From positions 438 through 64,437 of the forward strand of contig VBJD01000026.1 in assembly GCA_005887995.1 (NCBI GenBank): a stretch of DNA of 64,000 nt, in the 5' to 3' direction. Shown piece by piece: positions 28,358 to 38,626 of the stretch (position 1 is its first letter; every line of letters starts with the position of its first letter). Position numbers and translations under genes: made by a program. Source of the stretch: Chloroflexota bacterium. Lineage in GTDB: Bacteria > Chloroflexota > Limnocylindria > P2-11E. The notes beneath the pieces are model-generated. The model saw only the letters and a program-made list of their open reading frames with translations, searched no databases and was not told where the DNA came from.

Positions 28358-29140
28358 TTAGAGGCGATTTGGCCGAGTTGTCCGCATGGAGAGCACCCAA
28401 AGCATCAAGGCTCCTGCAACGGCGTAGACGAGACCGAGGACGTGAGCTTCCTGGAGACCGAAGAGGACGACCGGATCGTCACGGACGAAAGACTCGACGA
28501 AACGGCCCGCGCCGAGCCCGAGCAGGTACGCCCAGTAGATGCGGCTCTCCGGCGGCTGTCCGCGCGCGCGACGCCAGTACCAGAAGAGGACGAGAAAGAT
28601 CGTGAGCATGAGCATGCCGTCATAGACGCCGATCGGGTGGACGGGCGTCGACTGGCCGAGGGTGCTTGGGCTCGTGTACCGCACGCACCACGCGAGCGAG
28701 CACGGCGTCCCGTGGTGCTCACCGTTGATGACGTCGCCGATGCGGCCGATGGCCTCACCGAGCGCGATGCCGATGACCGTGATGTCGAACATGAAGCCCA
28801 TCGGCAGTCGCAGCCAGCGGCACCCGAGATATCCCGCGATCGACGATCCGATGGGCGCGCCCATGGTCGCGATGCCGCCGCGGCTCAAGTCGAAGATGCG
28901 TGCGGGATCGCCGGCGTACGTGGGCCAGTTGTCGACGACGTGCGCGATACGCGCCGTCAGGAGCCCGCCGACGATGACGAGGATCGCGAACGGATAGATA
29001 CGCTCGTCGCGCACGAGGTAGCGCGCGAGGCGGATGGAGAGCGTCCCGCCGACGACCATGCCGACGAACGCGAAGAGCGAGTGCCACGAGATGCGCACCG
29101 ACCCGATGACGAGGTTGGGATCGAACGGGATGTCGATCAC
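28358..29140 (-). CDS. lgt: Prolipoprotein diacylglyceryl transferase (paralog 1)
   Basis: SWHSLFAFVGMVVG, GGIATMGAPIGS, GEAIGRIGDVINGEHHG, HPIGVYD. The GTG start overlaps the doc stop (GTGA). Confidence 0.9.
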   Translation of the reverse strand: MIDIPFDPNLVIGSVRISWHSLFAFVGMVVGGTLSIRLARYLVRDERIYPFAILVIVGGLLTARIAHVVDNWPTYAGDPARIFDLSRGGIATMGAPIGSSIAGYLGCRWLRLPMGFMFDITVIGIALGEAIGRIGDVINGEHHGTPCSLAWCVRYTSPSTLGQSTPVHPIGVYDGMLMLTIFLVLFWYWRRARGQPPESRIYWAYLLGLGAGRFVESFVRDDPVVLFGLQEAHVLGLVYAVAGALMLWVLSMRTTRPNRL

Positions 29141-29484
29141 TCGGGTTCACTCTCGTCGATCGGTGGGCGCGCGACGAGATGAGCTCGTATCCGCTTCGTG
29201 ACACCCTCGACGGTGAGCCCCTCAGCGATCTCGTACATCAATTCGACGCGCTCGTCCTCCGAGAGATCGACGGTACAGCCGTTCAACTCCAGGAACGTGA
29301 GTGTGACGACCAGCGCGATCCGCTTGTTGCCGTCGACGAACGGCTGGTTCTCCGCGATGCCCCACAGGAGCGTGGCGGCCTGCTCCGCGATGTCGGCATC
29401 CGCGTAGCCCGCCGCGTGCTTTGGGCGCGCGAGTGCCGACTCGAGCGCGGCCGGGTTGCGGAGTTGATCGCGCGCGGCCGACAC
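29137..29484 (-). CDS. doc: Doc (death-on-curing, Fic-fold) toxin; N-terminal helix is encoded in another frame upstream
   Basis: LESALARP...QPFVDGNKRIALVVTLTFLELNG (Fic motif variant). The conserved N-terminal TVYVEFEEA is in a different frame at 29518-29563. See findings. Confidence 0.8.
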   Translation of the reverse strand: MSAARDQLRNPAALESALARPKHAAGYADADIAEQAATLLWGIAENQPFVDGNKRIALVVTLTFLELNGCTVDLSEDERVELMYEIAEGLTVEGVTKRIRAHLVARPPIDESEPE

Positions 29485-29549
29485 AGTGAGGCCCCTGGTC
29501 TCCGCGAAGAGAACAAGGGGCCTCCTCGAACTCGACGTAGACGGTGCGG

Positions 29550-29804
29550 TCAGCGTCGGCCAGTGGCAGGCCTCCGACGCTCGTCTCTAGCGAGACGATC
29601 GAGGACGCGCCGGTTCTGGTCGATAACGCGACGCCCCAAGGCGAGCGTACGTGGCCGGATATCCACGGGCGTCAGCACGATCGTGCCATTGCGAACGCTT
29701 GGAGCGACAAGGTCGCCTTCGCGCAGGTGCGCTTCGCCAAGCGTGCGCTGGTCGAGCGTCACACCGAGGCTGTTGCCTTGCTTACGGATCTTGACAACCT
29801 CCAT
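29550..29804 (-). CDS. AbrB/MazE/SpoVT-fold antitoxin (Phd-equivalent partner of Doc)
   Basis: MEVVKIRKQGNSLGVTLDQRTLGEAHLREGDLV is a typical swapped-hairpin AbrB-type N-domain. Lies directly upstream of doc. Confidence 0.75.
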   Translation of the reverse strand: MEVVKIRKQGNSLGVTLDQRTLGEAHLREGDLVAPSVRNGTIVLTPVDIRPRTLALGRRVIDQNRRVLDRLARDERRRPATGRR

Positions 29805-29827
29805 CTCGCCTTGACCTCCGCCGTTAC

Positions 29828-29844
29828 GTCATTACCGTAATGAC
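29828..29844. promoter_or_regulatory. Perfect palindrome GTCATTAC-c-GTAATGAC upstream of the antitoxin (candidate TA operator)
   Basis: Read directly. AT-rich, 24-40 nt upstream of the antitoxin start codon (29804). Confidence 0.5.
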
Positions 29845-29885
29845 CGAGATGACAGTACCAACAGCATGATCGCCTAGCAATGGCG

Positions 29886-30698
29886 TCAGGCTGGTGCCAC
29901 GACCTCCGCCCTGCCACGCACGGTCAGCACGACGAGCATCGGCAGCGCGACGGCGAGCACGATCACGCCGATCGCCTGGTCTTCGCGGAGGTTCAGGATG
30001 TACGTCGGCTCGCCGACGCGCAGGAAACCGAGCGCGATGCGCCCGACCGAGTACCAGGCCATCCACAGCCAGAAGATGAGGCCGTCGGGCAGGCCGCGGC
30101 CGCGCAGGACGATCGCCCACACGACCGCGAGCGCGTTCCAGAGCATGTCGTAGCCCACGGCGAGGTGGACCGGCCCCGGCTGCCCGAGGGTCGCGGGGTT
30201 CGTGTAGCCGACGCAGATACCGATCGGGGCATCGCACGCCGTCGCGTGGTGCTCGCCGTTGATGATGTCGCCGATGCGGCCGACCGCGAAGCCGAGCGCG
30301 AGGCCCGGCGCGGCCGCGTCGGCGCCGAAGCCGATCGGTACGGTCCGGCGCCGCAGCGCGACGATGAGACCACCGAGCACGCCACCGATCGCCGCGCCCC
30401 ATACCGCGATGCCGCCGCTCCAGATCTGCGGGATCAGTTCCGGGTGCGCGGCGTAGCCGCCGGGGATGCCCGTGCAGCCGCTCCAGCAGTCAAAGACGTG
30501 GAAGATGCGCGCGCCGAGGATCCCGCCGACGACGCCCCAGAACGCCACCGCGTTCGCGTCGGGCTCGGACACGCGCTGCATGACGAGCTTCACCGACACC
30601 GTGACACCGGCGAAGATCCCGACCGCGGTGAAGATGCCGTGCCACGCGAGTGTGATCGGGCCGAGGTGAATGCTCGGGTCGAGATCGATGACGATCAC
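29886..30698 (-). CDS. lgt: Prolipoprotein diacylglyceryl transferase (paralog 2)
   Basis: AWHGIFTAVGIFAG, GGIAVWGAAIGG, GFAVGRIGDIINGEHHA, HLAVGYD. Roughly one-third identical to paralog 1 by eye. Confidence 0.9.
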   Translation of the reverse strand: MIVIDLDPSIHLGPITLAWHGIFTAVGIFAGVTVSVKLVMQRVSEPDANAVAFWGVVGGILGARIFHVFDCWSGCTGIPGGYAAHPELIPQIWSGGIAVWGAAIGGVLGGLIVALRRRTVPIGFGADAAAPGLALGFAVGRIGDIINGEHHATACDAPIGICVGYTNPATLGQPGPVHLAVGYDMLWNALAVVWAIVLRGRGLPDGLIFWLWMAWYSVGRIALGFLRVGEPTYILNLREDQAIGVIVLAVALPMLVVLTVRGRAEVVAPA

Positions 30699-30726
30699 TG
30701 CGGCTGAGACTAGCCGCGCATCTTGG

Positions 30727-31838
30727 TCAACGTAAGCGAACGAACCAGCCGCCGACGGGCAGGGTCGCGGTGCGTGTGCTCGCGACGTCGACGACGATGA
30801 GCGACTCCGGAGCGACGCGTTGCCAGGTCATCGCGGCCGACCCATCGACGCGGAAGCCCACGAGCGACCCACCGAATGTCCCGCGGATCGATCTCCGCGC
30901 GCCCGTAACGACATCCAATGCGACCAACTCCGTTCCGACACACGGTGGAACCCGACAGCCGGCCGGCGTTAGACCGGCGAGCCACCAGATCTCGCTCGTG
31001 CCCGGTCTCCACTCGGCGCCGCTGCCGTCGAACGGCACATCCTGCCGCTTCTGCGGCTCAGCGAGCGGCCACCAAGACAAAGTGTCGGCGGTGGCACCGT
31101 ACGCGCGGAGAAGCACGTATCGAGCATCGCTCGACGCTCGGAGCTGGCCCAGGAGCGCCGGTTCGTATCCGGTGACCTTCGAAACGTATGGCTTGAGCCG
31201 CGTATCGATGATGTCGTAGCCGATGAGGTAGCCGCCGGGACCGGTGAGCCCAGCGGCGATGAGCTTGGCGGTGCGATCCCATGCCACCGGGAGCCAGTAC
31301 CGACCGGTCGCGATCTTTTCGGTCGCGCCAGTCGGCAGATCCACAGTCCAGAGCTCCTGCTTCGGTGTACCGCCTTGGACCGCGCAGATCTCTTGGCAGT
31401 TGTTGTCGATCGCGATCACGAGGCCGGTACCGTCCGACGACCAGGCGAACGTGTTGCCCGACATGTCCGAAGCCGCAGTGAAGACCGCGCGATCCGCACC
31501 GGTGGCCGCGGAACGCACGTGCAGGACCGCACCGTCGTTGACGGGCGCCCAATACGCGATCGCGCCGCCATCGGGTGCGACCGTCCGCGAGAGCGATGTC
31601 CATGACCTGCCTTGAGGGACGAAGGACGTGATCGCCGCGTCGCTCGTCTCGCTCCGCACCTTCAACTCCCGCTCGCCGACGACGTAGCCGAAGCGGTCGT
31701 CCAAGATGCCCGGGCCGGCGGACGCAGCGACCGAGGCCGCTGCGATCGGCGAGATGGTCGGAACGGAAGTCGAAGGTCCGCCGATGTCGTCCGAGCCGCG
31801 AGCACAGGAGACGACGGCGCCGAGGATGAGTACGGCCG

Positions 31839-31854
<16 letters not shown>
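30727..31854 (-). CDS. Lipoprotein, TolB/PD40-like beta-propeller (predicted)
   Basis: Trimmed to GTG 31854 (VSRPLAAVLILGAVVSCARG lipobox). Repeated W/Y-containing blade-like segments (APDGGAIAYWAP, WSSDGTGLVIA). Overlaps the secA stop by 16 nt. Confidence 0.5.
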
Positions 31855-34448
<2,594 letters not shown>

Positions 34449-34456
34449 GGGAGCGG

Positions 34457-35467
34457 CTAGGTGACCTGGAGCGGCAGCTGCAACCCCGGTGGATTAAAAA
34501 GCGCGCCGACGGACTCTCCCTCGTGGATGCGGCGGATCGCCTCCGCGAAGAGAGGAGCGACGCTAAGCACGCGGATCCGTGGGTCGTTGCGGACAACCGG
34601 TCGGAGTGGGCAGGTATCGGTGGTCACGAGTTCGACGATACCGCTCGCCAGGAGGCGCTCCGCCGCATCGCCGGAGAGCACGGCGTGCGTGCAGGCGACC
34701 CAGATCTCACCCACCCCATGCTCCTGCAGGACGCGGATGGTGTTCAGCATGGTGGTCCCGCGGTCGATCTCATCGTCGAGGATGATCGCCTTGCGGCGGT
34801 CGATGTCGCCGATGACGCCGACGATCTCGCTGCGGCCGCTGTTGTCGCGATGGGTCTTCTGCATGAAGACGAGCGGCACGTCGAGGATCTCGGCGATGCG
34901 GCGCGCGACGTTCGCGTAGCCGAGGTCAGGCACGACCATCGAGAAGTTGTCGCGGTCCTTCGCGACGATCGGGCGCAAGTACTCGATGAGATGCGTGCGC
35001 GCCGTGAGCTCGTCGCCGGGGATGCTGAAGAAGCCCTGGATCTGCATCTGGTGCATGTCCATGGCGAGGAAGCGGTCCGCGCCGGCGACGGTGATGAGGT
35101 CCGCGAGCAGGCGCGCCGTGATCGGCACGCGCGGCTGGTCCTTCTTGTCGGAGCGGCCGTAGGCGTAGTACGGCATGACCGCGGTGATGCGCGCCGCGGA
35201 CGCGCGCTTGAACGCGTCGATCATGATCAGCAGCTCCATGATCGAATCGGAGACTCCGATACCCGAGCCTGAAACGCCCATGCACAGCGACTGGACGACG
35301 TAGACGTCGTGTTCGCGGACGTTGTCATTGATCTTCACGAAGATGTTGTCGTTCGCGAACTTGAAGACGTCCATCGAGCCGAGAGGGATCTCGAGAGTGC
35401 GGCAAATGTCCCGGGCAAAGTTCGGGTGGGCGTTCCCGGTGTAGACGGCGAGTCCCCCGTACTGCAT
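34457..35467 (-). CDS. prs: Ribose-phosphate pyrophosphokinase
   Basis: PYYAYGRSDKKD, DMHQMQIQGFF, PRPP loop ILDDEIDRGTT. Confidence 0.85.
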   Translation of the reverse strand: MQYGGLAVYTGNAHPNFARDICRTLEIPLGSMDVFKFANDNIFVKINDNVREHDVYVVQSLCMGVSGSGIGVSDSIMELLIMIDAFKRASAARITAVMPYYAYGRSDKKDQPRVPITARLLADLITVAGADRFLAMDMHQMQIQGFFSIPGDELTARTHLIEYLRPIVAKDRDNFSMVVPDLGYANVARRIAEILDVPLVFMQKTHRDNSGRSEIVGVIGDIDRRKAIILDDEIDRGTTMLNTIRVLQEHGVGEIWVACTHAVLSGDAAERLLASGIVELVTTDTCPLRPVVRNDPRIRVLSVAPLFAEAIRRIHEGESVGALFNPPGLQLPLQVT

Positions 35468-35523
35468 GGCTCCCCTCCAAAAGCCTCGGTGCGGAGCGCG
35501 CGTCGCTGCGTAGCGAGTCTATC

Positions 35524-35703
35524 GTGTCGGCTGTGAGCCCCGCGCTGGGACACCGCATCCGCTGGATCGCCGTCTGGGTGCTCATCTTCGCGTGGTTCGC
35601 GGCACTCGCCGTGAACGTCGGCGGGAATGCCGTTCACGTCCTGTTACTCGGCGCGATCGCGATCCTGGCCTACGAGCTGCTCATCCCTGAGGCGACGTCC
35701 TGA
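35524..35703 (+). CDS. Small two-TM membrane protein (59 aa), lmo0937-family-like
   Basis: Not in the track (below 60 aa). GTG 35524 (or 35533) to TGA 35701-35703. RIRWIAVWVLIFAWFAALAVNVGGNAVHVLLLGAIAILAYELL resembles the GGN..H.LL small-membrane-protein family. Confidence 0.45.
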   Translation: MSAVSPALGHRIRWIAVWVLIFAWFAALAVNVGGNAVHVLLLGAIAILAYELLIPEATS

Positions 35704-35707
35704 GGCG

Positions 35708-36499
35708 CTAGACCGCCTCGCGAACGCGACGTCCGGCGAGGAAACGGGACTCGTCGAGCGACGCCCCGCGGATCATCGCCATCGTCTTGTCCAGCGGTCG
35801 GAGCTCGAAGTGCGTGTCCGATCCGACCGAGAAACGCGCACCGAGCCGCTGCGCGCGCTCGAGGAACTCGCGGTGCGGGACGCCGTAGGCCTCGTTCACC
35901 TCGATCGCGACGTCGGCATCGACGCACGTCCGGATGAGACGTTCCTGCCATTCCGCGGGGAGCGCCCTCTCGGGGTCTCCGAGCGCGGCAAGGGGACCCA
36001 TCGTGGCGTGCCCGAGGATGTCGATGCGCTCGGTCTCGATGCCCTCGCGGACGACCTCGAGCGTGCGCTCTCGGATGCGGCGCTGCAGGTCGGCGTCGAG
36101 GTAGCGCTGGGCTTCGCCATACGCGTGCACGCGGCCTTTGAGGAACGCGCCGGCGTCGTCGTAGCGGATCCACTCACCGGGCGCGACCTCGACCTGGTGC
36201 AGTGCGCCGATGACGTAATGGAGCGCGTCGCGCGTCGACGGGCGGAGCGACGGCGCGACGCCGAGGTCGAACTCGAGACCGACGCGCAGCCCCAGGCGCG
36301 CGGCGTCGTCGAGGTAGCGCAGCACATCGTCGTCGTCACGCATCTTCTCCTTCCACGGGTAGTGGTCGGAGACGCCGTGCGGGCGGACGCTGACGGTCTT
36401 CGCGCGACCTTGGAGGCTCACCGTGCCGTCGCTGCGATCGCTGTGGATGTGATGGTCGAACAGCTCGCCTACCTCGCGATGGTAGGTCGGGGCTAGCAT
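35708..36499 (-). CDS. PHP-domain metal-dependent phosphoesterase
   Basis: Trimmed to ATG 36499. FDHHIHSDRSDG PHP motif 1. Later GHAT and GSDTH motifs. Confidence 0.7.
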   Translation of the reverse strand: MLAPTYHREVGELFDHHIHSDRSDGTVSLQGRAKTVSVRPHGVSDHYPWKEKMRDDDDVLRYLDDAARLGLRVGLEFDLGVAPSLRPSTRDALHYVIGALHQVEVAPGEWIRYDDAGAFLKGRVHAYGEAQRYLDADLQRRIRERTLEVVREGIETERIDILGHATMGPLAALGDPERALPAEWQERLIRTCVDADVAIEVNEAYGVPHREFLERAQRLGARFSVGSDTHFELRPLDKTMAMIRGASLDESRFLAGRRVREAV

Positions 36500-36509
36500 C
36501 GTTCGCTCG

Positions 36510-37502
36510 ATGCCGCGGCGTCTCGTGAACCTCTTCCTCCTGGCGTGCACCGCGACGCTCATCGCGACCGGCGTCGTTCCCTGGCTCCTGCCCGAGACGG
36601 TCGCGCTGCCGCTGTACACGGTGCACCGGATCTCCGGTGTCGCGCTGCTGCTCGCGCTGGTGTGGAAGTACGCGATCGCGCGCGCGTCGCTGCGCCGACG
36701 TCTCCGATCGCCTCATGCCGATCGCACGCTCCTCGTCGCGGTCACAGCGTCGGCAACGCTCGTCTTCGTGCTCGCGAGCGGCGTCGCGTGGACGACGGGC
36801 CTCGTCTCGTTCGATCGGCCGATCCCCTACTCGACGCTGAACCTGCACGTGTTCGCCGGTGCGCTCCTGCTGCCGCTCGTCCTCGTGCACAGCCTGCAGC
36901 GCTGGGAGCGCCGCCCTGCGTTCGGACGCCTCGTGGGCCGGCGCGCGGCACTGCGGCTCTTCGCGCTTGGCGCAGCAACGGCCGTGACGGCGGTGGCGCT
37001 CGATCTCATCGACCCGCTGCGCCGCTTCAGCGGATCGCGACACGCCGGATCGTTCACCGGCAACGAGTTCCCGCTCACGATCTGGCGTTTCGATACGGTG
37101 CCGTTGATCGACGCAGCCGCGTGGCGGCTCGTCGTGTCGGGCTCGGTCGCGGCACCGGGGGCCCTGCGCCTCGCGGATCTCGATCGAATGCCGGAACGCG
37201 AGCTCGACGCGGTCATCGACTGCACGGGCGGCTGGTGGAGCGAGCAGCGCTGGCGCGGCGTCAGCCTGAGCGACGTCATCGCCGCGAGCGCTCCGACGAG
37301 CTCGGCATCGCGCGCGACAGTCACGTCGGTCACCGGGCACGCCTGGTCGTTCGACCTCGACGAGGTCGGCGATGTGCTGCTCGCGACGCACGTCGGCGAC
37401 GAGCCGCTATCGGCTGGTCATGGCTACCCGCTGCGTCTGGTCGCTCCGGGACGGCGAGGTTTCCAGTGGATCAAGTGGGTCGTCCGGATCGAGGTGTCCT
37501 GA
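36510..37502 (+). CDS. Membrane-anchored molybdopterin-dependent oxidoreductase (polytopic His-containing N-domain fused to YedY/MsrP-like Moco domain)
   Basis: 4-5 TM segments with His in the TMs (TVHRISG, NLHVFAG, LVHSLQ). Then DCTGGWWSEQRWRGVSL and GYPLRLVAPGRRGFQWIKWVVRIEV, typical of the sulfite-oxidase-fold family. Confidence 0.7.
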   Translation: MPRRLVNLFLLACTATLIATGVVPWLLPETVALPLYTVHRISGVALLLALVWKYAIARASLRRRLRSPHADRTLLVAVTASATLVFVLASGVAWTTGLVSFDRPIPYSTLNLHVFAGALLLPLVLVHSLQRWERRPAFGRLVGRRAALRLFALGAATAVTAVALDLIDPLRRFSGSRHAGSFTGNEFPLTIWRFDTVPLIDAAAWRLVVSGSVAAPGALRLADLDRMPERELDAVIDCTGGWWSEQRWRGVSLSDVIAASAPTSSASRATVTSVTGHAWSFDLDEVGDVLLATHVGDEPLSAGHGYPLRLVAPGRRGFQWIKWVVRIEVS

Positions 37503-37503
37503 C

Positions 37504-38610
37504 CTACTCCTCGGGGTGACCTGCCCATGCTGCGTCGACGAGCGTCCACAGGACGCCGCTCACGAGCGCCTGGCCGCCCATGAGCAGCGGATGCGGCCAC
37601 GTCGCGGCCGCGGCGGTGAACGCGGCGAGCGGCTCCTCGGCGATGTCCGTCGCTCGGAACAGATCCGATGCGAAACGGTCGGGCGCGGCGACGCGCCAGC
37701 CCATGTGCGCGAAGAGGACGCGCGTGTCGAAGAGCATGCCATCGCCGAGCTCGGACATCCTTTCGAAGAACGCCCTTGGACCGACCTCTTGGTAGAGGAA
37801 GCCGAGCGCGGTACGCGCTTCGTGGCTGACGTCGCGGCCGGCGGCCTGCATTCCGCGCTCCTCAGCGAGCATGCGCACGCGACAGGCGGTCTGCGATTCG
37901 AGGTAGGACCATACCGGCGCGCCAACGCGACCGGCGACCACGAGCTCGCGCTCGGGGGTCGTGACGAGCCGCATGAGCGCGTCGATCCGATCACCGAGCT
38001 CGCGGTCCCAGGTGTCGAGCGCGCGCAAGTCATCGGGGCACGCGGGATGGCGTTTGAGCACTGCGGCGTCGGCGGGCGTGTCGACGTCGAGTAGCGTCGC
38101 GGCCGATCGCTCGAGTTGACGCGACGACAGCCCGCCCTGTTGGTGAAGCCGCCGCGGCAGCGGATTGTCCGTCGCCGGGAGGTCGATGACACCAAGCGCC
38201 GACGCGGGCGTGAACGCGACGAGATCCGCCGAGTAGTAGTTGTTCGAGAGCACCAGCGCCTCGCTCGTCTCGAGCTCGGTGCGCAGCTTCTCGAGGTCGG
38301 CCGCGGTGAAGAGCGCGCCCGCACCGGCGCCGACGGAGCAGATGCGCTCGAGCCGCCGCGACTGCGCGAGCGCGTGCACCTCCTTCCCGAGATGGAACGG
38401 CTCGGTCGTCGGCGGCGCGACCTCCGCGCCCGCCTTCGCGAACGAGTGTGACGCGGCATTGTCGGTGGTCACGGCGATGCGCGGCGCGAACCCTGCGTCG
38501 CGCGCGCGGCGCAACACCGACGAGCCGATCGCGATCTTGATGTCGTCGAGCTGCCGCTCGACCGCGGACTCGCCGCCGCGTCCGAAGAACAGGAGGAACG
38601 CCGTGGTCAT
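37504..38610 (-). CDS. Hypothetical protein (368 aa), possible nucleotidyltransferase-like N-domain
   Basis: Trimmed to ATG 38610 (MTTAFLLFFGRGGES...). Good codon bias. No motif I can name with confidence. Confidence 0.55.
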   Translation of the reverse strand: MTTAFLLFFGRGGESAVERQLDDIKIAIGSSVLRRARDAGFAPRIAVTTDNAASHSFAKAGAEVAPPTTEPFHLGKEVHALAQSRRLERICSVGAGAGALFTAADLEKLRTELETSEALVLSNNYYSADLVAFTPASALGVIDLPATDNPLPRRLHQQGGLSSRQLERSAATLLDVDTPADAAVLKRHPACPDDLRALDTWDRELGDRIDALMRLVTTPERELVVAGRVGAPVWSYLESQTACRVRMLAEERGMQAAGRDVSHEARTALGFLYQEVGPRAFFERMSELGDGMLFDTRVLFAHMGWRVAAPDRFASDLFRATDIAEEPLAAFTAAAATWPHPLLMGGQALVSGVLWTLVDAAWAGHPEE

Positions 38611-38626
38611 GGGACCGCCGACGCTA

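Noticed and set aside
28334-28361. Inverted repeat CTAAAACC-N12-GGTTTTAG at the stop codon of lgt paralog 1
   Set aside because: An 8-bp AT-rich stem with a 12-nt loop and no T-tract. Too weak to call a terminator or an operator.
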